NCBI GenBank assembly: GCA_038245905.1
Contig: JBBRRY010000002.1
Location: 181,606-245,605, forward strand
Reading direction: 5' to 3'
DNA from: Thermoanaerobaculia bacterium
GTDB taxonomy: Bacteria > Acidobacteriota > Thermoanaerobaculia > UBA5066
DNA: 64,000 bases
Shown here: piece after piece, positions 43,201-52,327 of the stretch
Layout: each line of letters starts with the position of its first letter
Numbering within the stretch: the stretch's first letter is position 1
The notes under the pieces: model-generated
Database searches by the model: none
The model's input: the letters and a program-made list of their open reading frames with translations, nothing else
Told to the model about the DNA's origin: nothing
Made by a program: the position numbers and the translations under genes

Positions 43201-43728
43201 GAGGTCCGCGCGCGCGTACCCCTCGTCGAGAAGAGCCTCGGCGATGCGAGCGGGAAGAATGTCGTCGCCCACGGTGAGAGTGCGCGTGCGCCTCCGGAAT
43301 TCGTCCGCTGGCGGCAGGCGCCTGAGAAGCGCTCGGGCGGGGACGACCAGCACCTCCACCGAGCCCACCGCGAGGCGCGCGAGCGTCCCGAATTCCTCGC
43401 GCCGGACCTTGAGGGACGGTGCGATCTGCTGATAGGGCGACAGTGCCGGCGCGGGAAAGAACGCGACGCGCTCTTCGCCGAGAACGCTCGCCGCGTCACG
43501 CGCGAAGGCGGACGCGTCGCGCTCGTGGGCGAACACCACGGTCCATTTCAACCCGAGCGGCGCGCCGACGGCCTCGAGGAGGTAGGGCAGCAGGCCCGGG
43601 GGCGCCCCGGACAGGGACACGCTTCCCACCGACGTCCCGAGGATCCCCGCCTCGATCCGCCCGGAAAGGCGCTGCACCGCGGGCGCGGCGGCAAGCGTCT
43701 CGAGAAGCGGATCCCTCCGCCGCGTCAC
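40204..43728 (-). CDS. mfd: transcription-repair coupling factor
   Basis: AVRGGLLDVF, VVH..G.G, ETPDQ, MDRLLCGDVGYGKTEV, DEEQRFG, SATPIPR, QLRGRVGR, DLEIRGAGNLLG. Confidence 0.97.
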   Translation of the reverse strand: MTRRRDPLLETLAAAPAVQRLSGRIEAGILGTSVGSVSLSGAPPGLLPYLLEAVGAPLGLKWTVVFAHERDASAFARDAASVLGEERVAFFPAPALSPYQQIAPSLKVRREEFGTLARLAVGSVEVLVVPARALLRRLPPADEFRRRTRTLTVGDDILPARIAEALLDEGYARADLVTETGDLAVRGGLLDVFPPHLAEPVRVEFDLNAIASIRSFDPDTQRSTGALSMVSLPPMALSPDTRPMREAALRVLADCRTADDDPPVPRDLSLARRNDGLEELLPLLLGAESHVLDYAGSFILAVDDADAVAAELVRAADVLRLDYEKARKAGRVVPDPARLAGDVDRLTEELVGRALVVFAPAVPAGDTIAIGAESVLSFEDRLPDVVKEVGRARKDGLAVLLAAATKGEREHVERLLNEYEIKHQGTSGDAVSPLAPGACRVVSGGPRSGFLFRPAGVLLLTATDLFGEPRSSAPRRRSASEAFLSDLRDLRVGDVVVHRDYGLGMFAGLARIEDAGLVREMVDLRYAGDAKLLVPVERLDLIQKYASAGEGALPALDKLGGLGWERRKSSVRKAVKDIADQLLKLYARRAAAPGHAFSKDSPWQKEFEEAFEYTETPDQAAAIRDVKRDMESDKPMDRLLCGDVGYGKTEVGMRAMFKCVLDGKQAALLAPTTILADQHFRTLKRRFAAFPVSIDILSRFRGKDDQKELLRRLAEGTLDVVVGTHRLLSKDVAFKDLGLLVVDEEQRFGVAQKERIKGWRASVDVLSMSATPIPRSLHLSLAGIRDLSVIETPPKDRLAIATHVVPVNDDVIRDAIRAEVDRGGQVFVVHNRIDSLGFWREKLASLVPDVRVVTAHGQMSEGELERAMRAFVTRAADVLLATTIVENGLDIPSANTMLIDRADLYGLSQLYQLRGRVGRSDKAASCWLLVPPGMPLSDDARRRLRAIQEFSDLGAGFRIAAKDLEIRGAGNLLGGEQSGHIESVGFETYVNLLEEAMAAIKGEPVPETRDVTLQLGIPLALPSAWIPEESLRMALYKKIAAASDAETLLREAATAADRYGTPPPAFERLLEIARLRLLARTLGVKAVQRRGDELAATLEKEHGLDPERVVAALKGGDLFASGPDAFRIPRAFAGLGADGQGVSERVARVLLDLAHPRVLAALPGAPGSFLVGSA

Positions 43729-43817
43729 CCGGCGGATTATGGCCGTGCCGGCCCTAGTGCGCCTTGATTATTGTGACGTTTGGGCTCTGGCGTCAGTTTG
43801 ACGTTGGAGGCGCGTGC

Positions 43818-44876
43818 TTGAAGTCGAACCGGGGTGTCTGGCTCTCTGTTCTCCTGCTGAATCTCCTGGCCGCGCCGGCCCCCCTCCGGGCGCAGGCTTC
43901 GTCGCGCAACGACGAAGTCGAGACATGTCTCGGCTGCCACGGAGACAAGGACGCGTCGTTCAAGCTCCCGAGCGGCGAGACGCAGTCGCTCTTCGTGCCG
44001 CGGGACGTCTTCGAGAAGTCCGTCCACGGCACCCGCCAGGGCTGCATCGGCTGCCATCCCGGTCAGGCCGAAGTCCCGCATCCCGAGTCGAAGGCGAAAG
44101 ACAAGGCGGCTTTCTCAGCAGGCTTCAAGGACCTCTGCAAGACCTGCCATTTCGAGAACTACACGAAGGCCCTCGACGGCGTGCACTACAAGATCCTCGC
44201 CGCGGGGGGCAGCGCGCCCTTCTGCGTGGACTGCCACGGCGCGCATGACATTTCGCGCCCGAAGGTGCCGCGCACGAAGGTCTCGGAAACGTGCGGCGCC
44301 TGCCATTCCGACACGGCCGACACGTACGCAAAGAGCGTTCACGGGCTGGCTCTCGCCGCAGGCAACCAGGACGTGCCCGTCTGCACCGACTGCCACCGCG
44401 CGCACGACATCGTAGACCCGCGCACGAAAGACTGGCGCCTCACGACGATCGACCTTTGCGCGAAGTGTCATACGAACAAGACGCTGATGGCCAAGTACGG
44501 GCTCTCGACGAACGTCGTCGCGTCCTACCTCTCGGACTTTCACGGCATGAGCGCGAAGCTCGCGACGTCGGGCGAGAAGCCGAAGACCGTCACGGCGCTC
44601 TGCATCGACTGCCACGGCACCCACGACATCACGAAAGCCCGGGACGGCAACTCGCAGGTCCTGAAGGCGAACCTCCAGAAGACCTGCGCAAAGTGCCACG
44701 CCGGCGCTACGCAGAACTTCCCGGCCGCGTGGCTCTCGCATTACGAGCCGAGCCTGAAGAGGGCGCCCCTCGTCTGGGCCGTCGGCGTCTTCTACAAGAT
44801 CTTCATTCCCTTCATCATCGGAGGCCTCTGCCTGCAGATCCTCCTCCACCTCTGGCGCGTGCTGGTGAACAGATGA
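43818..44876 (+). CDS. periplasmic multiheme cytochrome c (9 CxxCH) with C-terminal membrane anchor
   Basis: CLGCH, CIGCH, CKTCH, CVDCH, CGACH, CTDCH, CAKCH, CIDCH, CAKCH; signal peptide; TTG start with GGAGG. Confidence 0.9.
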   Translation: MKSNRGVWLSVLLLNLLAAPAPLRAQASSRNDEVETCLGCHGDKDASFKLPSGETQSLFVPRDVFEKSVHGTRQGCIGCHPGQAEVPHPESKAKDKAAFSAGFKDLCKTCHFENYTKALDGVHYKILAAGGSAPFCVDCHGAHDISRPKVPRTKVSETCGACHSDTADTYAKSVHGLALAAGNQDVPVCTDCHRAHDIVDPRTKDWRLTTIDLCAKCHTNKTLMAKYGLSTNVVASYLSDFHGMSAKLATSGEKPKTVTALCIDCHGTHDITKARDGNSQVLKANLQKTCAKCHAGATQNFPAAWLSHYEPSLKRAPLVWAVGVFYKIFIPFIIGGLCLQILLHLWRVLVNR

Positions 44877-45622
44877 CCGGATACGCGATCCGTTTCACGA
44901 AGAGGCAGCGCGCGGAGCACTTCATCGTGATGACGACCTTCATCCTGCTCGCCGTTACGGGGTTTCCCCAGAAGTTCTTCGAGACCGGCTGGGCGCGCGG
45001 CATCGTGAACCTCATTGGAGGGCTCGATCACCTCCGTTTCGTCCACCGCGTCTCGGGAATCCTCTTCTCTCTCTTCACGCTGTGGCACATCAGCGTGAGC
45101 GTGATCCTGTCGCTCCAGCGACGGATGAAGCTCACGATGCTGCCGAACCGCAAGGACTTCAACGACGCGGTCCAGCAGCTTCGCTACGACCTCGGCATCG
45201 TCGAATCGCAGCCCGCCTTCGATCGCTTCGACTATCGGCAGAAGTTCGAGTACTGGGGCCTCGTGCTCGGCGGCCTCGTCATGATCTCGACAGGTCTCGT
45301 CCTCTACTTCCCGATGCTCGTGACGCGCTTCCTGCCCGGCGAGCTGATCCCCATGTCGAAGGTCGCGCACAGTAACGAAGGCTTGATGGCGTTCCTCGTC
45401 GTCATCACCTGGCACATCTACAACGCCCACCTGGCGCCCGGAATCTTCCCGTACGACTCGAGCATCTTCACGGGAAGGATCAGCAAGGAGCGGCTCCGGC
45501 ACGAACACCCGCTCGAGTACGCACGCGTTTATGGCGAGCCCGCTCACGGCGAATCGGTTCACGGCGAGCCGGCGCCCGCCACGCCCCCCCTTTCGGCGCC
45601 CGAAGCTCCACCGAAACCGTGA
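44873..45622 (+). CDS. cytochrome b subunit (FdnI/HydC-like diheme b)
   Basis: RF..QR.EH, TGFP, VHR, FDYRQKFEYW, AHSNE, WHIY; four TM helices with His ligands; ATGA overlap. Confidence 0.87.
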   Translation: MTGYAIRFTKRQRAEHFIVMTTFILLAVTGFPQKFFETGWARGIVNLIGGLDHLRFVHRVSGILFSLFTLWHISVSVILSLQRRMKLTMLPNRKDFNDAVQQLRYDLGIVESQPAFDRFDYRQKFEYWGLVLGGLVMISTGLVLYFPMLVTRFLPGELIPMSKVAHSNEGLMAFLVVITWHIYNAHLAPGIFPYDSSIFTGRISKERLRHEHPLEYARVYGEPAHGESVHGEPAPATPPLSAPEAPPKP

Positions 45623-47337
45623 ACCCCGAAGAGCACCAACGCCTCGGGGTCCAGAATGCCCTGCAGGCTCGGGCGCTCCTGCTCGTCGGCTTCGGCATCC
45701 TCACGCCGCTCGTCGTCCTCGGGCTCCTGATTTCGAGCGCTCTCGACGACCTCTCGGAGCGGGTCGTGCGCGACCAGCAAATTCTCGCCCGCAGCGCCGT
45801 CGCGCACGCCGAAGAGATGCTCCGGGAAGACCTCGAGGGCCTCTACGGCGGCGGCGTCGAACCCGACAGCCCCGCGCGCCGCGCCGCGCTCCTCGGCACG
45901 TATCGCCGCTCACGTCTTCTCTCCAGCGTTTTTCTCCTGAGCCCGCGCGGCGAGACCCTGTGGGAGGAGCCCGCCGGCGGGCATCGCGACGACCATCTCT
46001 TCGACCTGCCGGCCGCGCGGGAGGCGGTGGCGACCGGCCGCCGCGCCGCCTCCGCCCTCACGACGCTCCCGGACGGCACGCACCGCCTCTTTCTCTTCGT
46101 TCCGCTCGTAAATCTCGAAGGGAGAACGACCGGCCTCGCCGGCGCCAGCCTGGACCCGGCGCTTCCCGCGTTCGCGGCCCTCCTGCCTGCCGCCCAAACC
46201 GGCGAAGGGCTCACGACCGACCTCGTCGACGCGGCCGGCGAGGTCGTCGCGACAACCGATGCCGCGCCTTCACACGGGCCGCCCGTCGCCCCGGCCTTCC
46301 TGCTGCCGCTCCTCAGGGACCGCCGGGCGTTTGCGGGCCGTGTCGGGGAGAACGCGATGGCCTTCGCGCCCCTCCGGCTCTTCCCCTGGGGCGTCGTCGT
46401 GCGCGAGCAAGCCGCGCACGCGTTCGCGCCCGCGATCGCATTCCGGCGGCGGATGCTCACCGTCACGCCCGTGTTCCTCGCGCTCGCCGCGCTCTTCACT
46501 TGGGGCGCGGCGCGCAGCGTGCTCCGGCCTCTTCTCGTCCTCACGCGCGCCGCCGAGCGCATCACGGCCGGCGACCTCAAGAAGCCCATCCCGCCGCTGC
46601 CCGACGACGAGGTCGGCCGGCTCGGCCGCTCCCTCGAGGCGATGCGCGCGCGCCTCGAGCGCGACGACCGGCGGGCCGAGCTGCTCAAGCGTTTCCTCAG
46701 CGCGCAGGAAGGCGAGCGCATGCGCATCGCCCGCGAGCTTCATGACGAGACATGTCAGACAATCTCGGCTATGTCCTTCCGGCTCGAGAGCGCTCTCGGC
46801 GACCTGCCCGCGGGCGAGGCGCGCGCGCGCCTCGAGGAGGTCAAGGGCCTCGCGGGACGCGCCCTCGACGATCTGCACCGGGTCATCTTCGACCTGCGTC
46901 CCTCCGTCCTCGACGACCTCGGCCTCCTCGCCGCCGTCCGGTGGTACGCCGCGCGCCATCTTGAGCCGCTCGGCATCACGGTGAAATGCGAGTTCGAGGA
47001 CGTCGAGAGCCGCGTGCCGCACGAAGTCGCAACGGCCGTCTTCCGCATCGTGCAGGAGGCGCTCCTGAACGTGGCCCGGCACGCCGCGGCCGAAGACGTG
47101 CTCGTGCAGATCGCAACGAGCGAAAAGGCCCTCCTCATCGAGATCGAGGACGACGGCAGAGGATTCGACCCGAAGAGTGTCGTCGAGCTCTCCGAGACAG
47201 GGCGCGGCCTCGGCCTCCTCGGCATGCGCGAGCGCGTCGAGATCCTGGGTGGGAAGATGAGCCTCGACTCCGCGCCCGGCGAGGGAACTCACCTGGCGTT
47301 CGAAATTCCGATCCCACCGGAGGCCGCCGGTGCATAA
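45619..47337 (+). CDS. sensor histidine kinase (periplasmic sensor, HAMP, HisKA_3)
   Basis: AQEGERMRIARELHDE, LRPSVLDDLGL, FRIVQEALLNVARHA, DDGRGF, GLGLLGMRER. Confidence 0.93.
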   Translation: MNPEEHQRLGVQNALQARALLLVGFGILTPLVVLGLLISSALDDLSERVVRDQQILARSAVAHAEEMLREDLEGLYGGGVEPDSPARRAALLGTYRRSRLLSSVFLLSPRGETLWEEPAGGHRDDHLFDLPAAREAVATGRRAASALTTLPDGTHRLFLFVPLVNLEGRTTGLAGASLDPALPAFAALLPAAQTGEGLTTDLVDAAGEVVATTDAAPSHGPPVAPAFLLPLLRDRRAFAGRVGENAMAFAPLRLFPWGVVVREQAAHAFAPAIAFRRRMLTVTPVFLALAALFTWGAARSVLRPLLVLTRAAERITAGDLKKPIPPLPDDEVGRLGRSLEAMRARLERDDRRAELLKRFLSAQEGERMRIARELHDETCQTISAMSFRLESALGDLPAGEARARLEEVKGLAGRALDDLHRVIFDLRPSVLDDLGLLAAVRWYAARHLEPLGITVKCEFEDVESRVPHEVATAVFRIVQEALLNVARHAAAEDVLVQIATSEKALLIEIEDDGRGFDPKSVVELSETGRGLGLLGMRERVEILGGKMSLDSAPGEGTHLAFEIPIPPEAAGA

Positions 47338-47983
47338 AACCCGGGTCGTGATCGCCGACGATCACGCCCTCATGCGCGAGGGCATTCGGGCGCTGCTCGG
47401 GAAGGCCGACGACATCGAGGTCGTGGGCGAGGCCGAGGACGGCCGGCAGGCGATCGACCGCTGCAAGGAGCTCGAGCCCGACGTCCTCCTCCTCGACATC
47501 GCCATGCCGAACCTGGGCGGTCTGGAGGCCGCGCTCGAGATCCGGAAGCTCAGCCCGCGCACGAGAATCATCGTCCTCACGCAGTACGAAGACCGCGAAT
47601 ACGTCTCGCGCTTCCTGAAGCTCGGCGTCTCGGGCTACGTCCTGAAGAAGGCGGCAGGCGCGGAGCTCGCCTCGGCCATTCGCAGCGTCGCGCGGGGGGG
47701 CCTCGTGCTTGCGCCCGAGGTCGCGCGCGTCGCCCTCGAAGAGCGCGAGGCCGCGGCCGCGGGCATGGAGACCGTCGACACGTACGAGACGCTCACGGAC
47801 CGCGAGAAGCAGGTCCTGAAGCTCGTCGCCGAAGGGCGGAGCAACAAGGAGATCGCCGAGCTCCTGGGCATCGGCGTGAAGACCGCGATGTCCCACCGCG
47901 AGCATGTGATGAGCAAGCTGGGCGTCCATGGGCGCACGGAGCTCATCCGCTTCGCGCTCCGCCACGGGATCATCCAAGCCTGA
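47330..47983 (+). CDS. NarL/LuxR family response regulator
   Basis: IADDH, LLDIAMP, LTDREKQVLKLVAEGRSNKEIA. Confidence 0.95.
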   Translation: MHKTRVVIADDHALMREGIRALLGKADDIEVVGEAEDGRQAIDRCKELEPDVLLLDIAMPNLGGLEAALEIRKLSPRTRIIVLTQYEDREYVSRFLKLGVSGYVLKKAAGAELASAIRSVARGGLVLAPEVARVALEEREAAAAGMETVDTYETLTDREKQVLKLVAEGRSNKEIAELLGIGVKTAMSHREHVMSKLGVHGRTELIRFALRHGIIQA

Positions 47984-47998
47984 AGATACGCCCCCGGG

Positions 47999-48637
47999 TC
48001 AGATCAGGCCGACGGCCCGGGACGCGAGGACCGCGACGACCAGCAGCGAGATGAGGGACTGCAGCATCGTCAGGACCTTCGCCCAGCGCGAGAGGACAGG
48101 TGTGTCGGTGGGCGAGAAGGCCGTCGAGTTGTTGAATGCGATGAAGAGATAGTCGACGAACCGGGGCGTCCAGTTTTTCGGCCCCGGGCACCCGTCCATC
48201 ATCTGTGGAAAGAAGAAGTCTCCCTCGGTGTGCGCGCCGCGGCCGTCCCGGGCGAACGGCCCGCCCGCATCGAGCCTCCAGTACCAGATCGCGAAGACGA
48301 GCACGTTCGCGACCCAGAGACACGTCGCGGACTTCGCGAGCTCCGTCGGCGTTTCGCTTTTCTTCGGGAGCCCCGCGATGAGGAGCGCGAGGGAGCCGAC
48401 AAGGGCCAGCGTCACGACGCCGCTCATCGCGAAACCGAGCGCACGCGTGATCGAGGCGCGGCCCGCCCGATGGGCGAGCACGGTCGGAACCGCGAGAACG
48501 GCGAGAACGACGAGAACGACCCAACGCGGGCCCACGACGAGCGTCGTCGGCAGCGCGAAGTTCAGCAGGCCAAGCGCGAGGAGCGCGAAGAGGACCGGCC
48601 AGCGGGCCTCCGTCTGGATCACCCTGGGCGCTGTCAT
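47999..48637 (-). CDS. DUF1345-like membrane protein
   Basis: multiple TM helices, WYWRLDAGGP, DFFFPQM, FVDYLF..F.NSTAFSPTD; start placed at ATG 48637 by -10 spacing (alternative 48646). Confidence 0.78.
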   Translation of the reverse strand: MTAPRVIQTEARWPVLFALLALGLLNFALPTTLVVGPRWVVLVVLAVLAVPTVLAHRAGRASITRALGFAMSGVVTLALVGSLALLIAGLPKKSETPTELAKSATCLWVANVLVFAIWYWRLDAGGPFARDGRGAHTEGDFFFPQMMDGCPGPKNWTPRFVDYLFIAFNNSTAFSPTDTPVLSRWAKVLTMLQSLISLLVVAVLASRAVGLI

Positions 48638-48681
48638 CGGAGGCATCTTATCCGGCCTCCGCGCCGTGATTTTCTCGCGCC

Positions 48682-48716
48682 AAAAGAAAACCGGCGCCGA
48701 AGTGATTCGGCGCCGG
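48682..48716 (-). terminator. intrinsic terminator of the RRM gene
   Basis: stem CCGGCGCCGAA/TTCGGCGCCGG, 4-nt loop, followed by TTTTCTTTT on the minus strand. Confidence 0.85.
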
Positions 48717-48752
48717 AAAAAAAGCGGAGAGCTTTAGAGAAAAGAGCGAGGA

Positions 48753-49049
48753 CTAGTAGCGGCCGCGGCCGCCGCCGCCGCCGCCGTAACCACCGCCGCC
48801 GCCGCGGTTTTCCTGGGGCTTGGCCTCGTTCACCTTGAGGGCGCGACCGTCGTGGTCGCGGCCGTTCAGGGCGCCCATGGCCTTCTGGCCGTCTTCGTCG
48901 GACATCTCGACGAAGCCGAAGCCCTTCGAGGAGCCGGTGTCGCGGTCAGAGATCACGCGGGCGGATTCGATGTTGCCGAATGGCTCGAACAGGGCGCGAA
49001 GGGTCGAGTCGTTCACGGAATAGGAGAGGTTTCCAACGTACAGCTTCAT
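48753..49049 (-). CDS. RRM-domain RNA-binding protein with Gly-rich tail
   Basis: RNP2 LYVGNL, RNP1 KGFGFVEM, LKVNEA, GGGGGYGGG tail. Confidence 0.95.
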   Translation of the reverse strand: MKLYVGNLSYSVNDSTLRALFEPFGNIESARVISDRDTGSSKGFGFVEMSDEDGQKAMGALNGRDHDGRALKVNEAKPQENRGGGGGYGGGGGGRGRY

Positions 49050-49204
49050 GAGGATCCTTTGTTGAACATTCGTCCGAAGGACGAGTGCGGCTGGCTGATG
49101 GTAGAGAGTGGTACGGGAGAAGGTCGACGGGGACCTTTCGGCCTCGGTCCGCTCCGTCAGTACGAAAGAAAGGGCGAACGCGAGGAGTATAGCGCAATCC
49201 CCTC

Positions 49205-49694
49205 CTAGACGCTGCGGCGAAGCACCCGGGCGGCAATCCAGACGAGGAGCGGTGTCGTGACGGCCGCGTTGGGCACGCTGCCGCCGGGCGGCGCCGCCAC
49301 CGAACGATCAGGTCGGAGTCGGCGTGGGTGTACTCGTCGGAGTGGCGGTTGGCGTATTCGTGGGGATCGCAGTCGCCGTGCCCGTCGGCGTCGAGGTTGC
49401 CGTGAAGGTCGGCGTCTGAGTCGGGGTTACCGTCCGGGTCGGCGTCGCCGTCGGGGTCACCGTCGGAGTGCTCGTCAAGGTCGGCGTCACCGTCGGAGTC
49501 GCTGTCGGGGTCACCGTCGGAGTCGTGGTCGGAGTCATCGTCGGGGTGTCCGTCGGTGTCGATGTCGGTGTCACAGTCGCGGTCACAGTTGGAGTAGCGG
49601 TCGGGGTTTCAGTTGGCGTGGACGTTGGTGTCGGCGTCACCGTCGGCGTCACCGTCGGTGTGATCGTCGGAGTTGGCGTTACGGTTGGCGTCAT
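49205..49694 (-). pseudogene. remnant of a Thr/Pro-linker surface protein: (TPTX)n tract plus out-of-frame C-terminal hydrophobic/basic tail
   Basis: about 128 codons almost entirely TPTX repeats with no signal peptide or folded domain; after the stop at 49308 another frame reads ...TPLLVWIAARVLRRSV*. Confidence 0.45.
49311..49691. repeat. degenerate 12-bp coding tandem repeat (TPTX units)
   Basis: recurring GTCGG(C/A/G)GT units at 12-bp period with synonymous variation. Confidence 0.85.
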
Positions 49695-50103
49695 CGCCGA
49701 CCGTGTCCGAGAAGCCCGTGCAGGCGCTGGGGTTGCTCCACGTGACCGGAGTGTGAGCCGATGGACCGATCCAGGAGAAGGCCGAAGGGGCGTTGGAGTA
49801 CGTCTGAGCCCCCGCTGATCCAGCCCATCCAAGAAACGCGCAGACGACTCCAAGAGATTTTAAAAGGCCGAACCGGCATCGTTTCGACGCCCACGACGCC
49901 CCGAGTCCCGCCTCTTCCCCAGGTCGAACCAGCGCTCTCTCCCCCGCTCCGCCGTCAGTCTAACATCAAGCGGTAGAGTAACCTGCGGTGCCCCACCTGA
50001 CGGCCGACGACCCGACACCTGAGCGGGATGAGCGGCCTGAAAGGTCGTGCCCGTGACCCCGCCGGATCACGTAAGCTCGGCCCGCCTTCCGAGGAGGATA
50101 GAG

Positions 50104-50688
50104 ATGGTCAAGACTTCCAGCTCGGCGTTGATGGTCCTGGCCCTGGCGGCAGCCGCCGCTTCGCCCGCTTTCGCTCAGGGACGCCCGGACCCCGCGGCGC
50201 TCATCGCCGCGCAGAAGGACGCCATGAAGGCCTTCTCGGCGATGGACGGCGTCTGGCGCGGCCCCGCGTGGACGATCCTCCCCTCTGGCGAGAAGCACAC
50301 GATCACACAGACCGAGCGCATCGGCCCATTCCTCGACGGCTCCGTGAAGGTCCTCGAGGGCCGTGGCTATGAGGCCGACGGGCGCGTCGGCTTCAACGCT
50401 TTCGGGACGATTTCCTTCAGCCCCGCGAAGAACGCCTACACGCTCCACTCCCACGCGATGGGCAACTCTGGCGACTTCGCGATCAAGCCCACGCCCGACG
50501 GCTACACGTGGGAGATCCCGGCCGGCCCCATGACGATCCGCTACACAGCCGTCATCAAAGACGGCACGCTCAAGGAAGTCGGCGACCGGCTCGAGCCCGG
50601 CAAGGAACCGGTCCGGTTCTTCGAGATGACGCTCGCGCGCATCGGCGATACGACCTGGCCCGCGGGCGGAGCCGTGCCGCAGAAGTAG
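50104..50688 (+). CDS. secreted DUF1579-like beta-rich protein
   Basis: signal peptide, MDGVWRGPAW, TQTERIGPFLDG, FFEMTL; GAGGAGG RBS. Confidence 0.7.
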   Translation: MVKTSSSALMVLALAAAAASPAFAQGRPDPAALIAAQKDAMKAFSAMDGVWRGPAWTILPSGEKHTITQTERIGPFLDGSVKVLEGRGYEADGRVGFNAFGTISFSPAKNAYTLHSHAMGNSGDFAIKPTPDGYTWEIPAGPMTIRYTAVIKDGTLKEVGDRLEPGKEPVRFFEMTLARIGDTTWPAGGAVPQK

Positions 50689-50714
50689 GCAGCGCTCTTC
50701 GTCGGAGGGCATTC

Positions 50715-52277
50715 ATGTTCCAGACGCATCATCCCGGCTGCGCTCCCGTGCTCTTCGCACTCCTCGCGGCGCTTGCGGCCGCGCCCGCCACACAGGCCCG
50801 CGCCGCGCTTCCACCGGGCATCGACGACGCGGCGATCGAGGCCGCCGCCGTCGCGAGCTTCCCGGAGTACTTCGAGCTTCTCTCCCTGCCGAATGTCTCG
50901 ATCGACCCCGCCGACGTAAAGAGGAACGCTGCGTGGCTCGAGGCGGCATTCGGCAAGCGCGGATTCAAGACCCGCCAGCTCGAAAACAAGGGGCGGCCGC
51001 TCGTCTTCGCCGAGTACGCGGGCAGTCGCGCGCCAAAGAAGACGGTCCTCTTCTACATGCACTTCGACGGTCAGCCCGTCGTCCCCTCGCAGTGGGCGCA
51101 GAAGGATCCGTTCCAGCCCGTCGTCAAGCGCCGCGGCGCGGACCGGAAATGGGCCGAGGTCGACCGCGCCGAGCTGATGAAGCCGGGCTTCGATCCCGAG
51201 CTCCGCGTCTTCGCGCGCTCCTCCTCCGACGACAAGGGCCCGATCGTGATGTTCCTCGCGGTCTTCGACGTTCTCCGCGCGAAGAAACTCGAACCCGCGG
51301 TGAACGTGAAGGTTCTTCTCGACAGCGAGGAGGAGGTCAACTCGCCCGGCATCGCCGCCGCGGTCGCCGGAAATACGGCACTCCTCGCGGCCGACGCCGT
51401 CGTCCTCGTCGACGGCCCCGTCCACCCGTCCGGCCGCCCGACGCTCTCCTTCGGCAACCGCGGCGTGGTCACTGCGACGCTCACCGTCTACGGGCCGCGC
51501 GCGCCGCTTCACAGCGGTCATTTCGGCAACTGGGTCCCAAACCCCGCGATGCGCCTCGCGCGCCTCCTCGCGAGCATGAAGGGGGAAGACGGGCGCGTGA
51601 CGGTTCCCGGCTACTACACGCGGACGCATCTGACCGATTCCGACCGGAACGTCCTCGCCCAGGGGCCCGACGACGAGGCGGCGCTCCTGAAACGCACCGG
51701 CATCGCGCAGCCGGAGAAGGTCGGTGCCTCGTACCAGGAGTCCCTCCAGTACCCGTCGCTCAACGTGCGCGGCCTCGCCTCGGCAAGCGTGGGCGAAAAG
51801 GCCGCCAACATCGTCCCGCGCGACGCCGTCGCCGAGCTGGACCTTCGCACGACGGTCGAGTCCGACCCCGCGTTCCTCCTCGACCTCCTGAGGAAGCACG
51901 TCGAGACGCAGGGCTACCACCTCGTCGATCAGGAGCCCACCGACGACGAGCGCGAGCGTTGGCCGAAGCTCGCCCGGTTGAACGCGCACCTCCCCGAGGA
52001 GGCCGCGCGCGAGCCCGTCGACTCGCCCGTCGGCCGCTGGGCGTCGTCCGCGATCGCGAGTGCGTGGCCGGGTGCGCCGCTCGTCCGCATCCGCATGATG
52101 GGCGGCACGCTCCCGACGCACACGATCGTCGGGCCGCTGAAGGCGCCGTTCGTGCAGGTCCCGGTCGTCAATCCCGACAACAACCAGCACGCCTACGACG
52201 AGAACCTGCGGATGGGCCACTATCTGAGCGGCATGCGAACGATGGCGGCGCTTCTCGCGGCGCCGTACGCGGAGTGA
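50715..52277 (+). CDS. secreted M20/M25/M40 family metallopeptidase
   Basis: HFDGQP, RSSSDDKGP, SEEE, D ligand, LHSGHFG, NQHAYDEN. Confidence 0.9.
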   Translation: MFQTHHPGCAPVLFALLAALAAAPATQARAALPPGIDDAAIEAAAVASFPEYFELLSLPNVSIDPADVKRNAAWLEAAFGKRGFKTRQLENKGRPLVFAEYAGSRAPKKTVLFYMHFDGQPVVPSQWAQKDPFQPVVKRRGADRKWAEVDRAELMKPGFDPELRVFARSSSDDKGPIVMFLAVFDVLRAKKLEPAVNVKVLLDSEEEVNSPGIAAAVAGNTALLAADAVVLVDGPVHPSGRPTLSFGNRGVVTATLTVYGPRAPLHSGHFGNWVPNPAMRLARLLASMKGEDGRVTVPGYYTRTHLTDSDRNVLAQGPDDEAALLKRTGIAQPEKVGASYQESLQYPSLNVRGLASASVGEKAANIVPRDAVAELDLRTTVESDPAFLLDLLRKHVETQGYHLVDQEPTDDERERWPKLARLNAHLPEEAAREPVDSPVGRWASSAIASAWPGAPLVRIRMMGGTLPTHTIVGPLKAPFVQVPVVNPDNNQHAYDENLRMGHYLSGMRTMAALLAAPYAE

Positions 52278-52327
52278 CCGCAGCCGGAACCCGGAAGTCG
52301 CGATGGCGCGGCCGCGGATCCGCGGCC

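Noticed and set aside
43773-43805. TGACG/CGTCA inverted repeats upstream of the multiheme cytochrome as a regulator site
   Set aside because: Only 5-bp arms, a single locus, and spacing differs from the maeA/nifJ motif; plausible but unsupported
45530-45580. YGEPA-HGESV-HGEPA mini-repeat at the cytochrome b C-terminus
   Set aside because: Three short units in a low-complexity tail; too little to assign a metal-binding or other role
49311-49691. Repeat tract as a CRISPR array
   Set aside because: 12-bp degenerate period following codon structure, no unique spacers, no cas genes
49468-49818. Plus-strand ORF of VGVT/VGVA repeats as a real membrane protein
   Set aside because: It is the antisense reading of the TPTX tract; the Thr/Pro linker reading is the biologically common one
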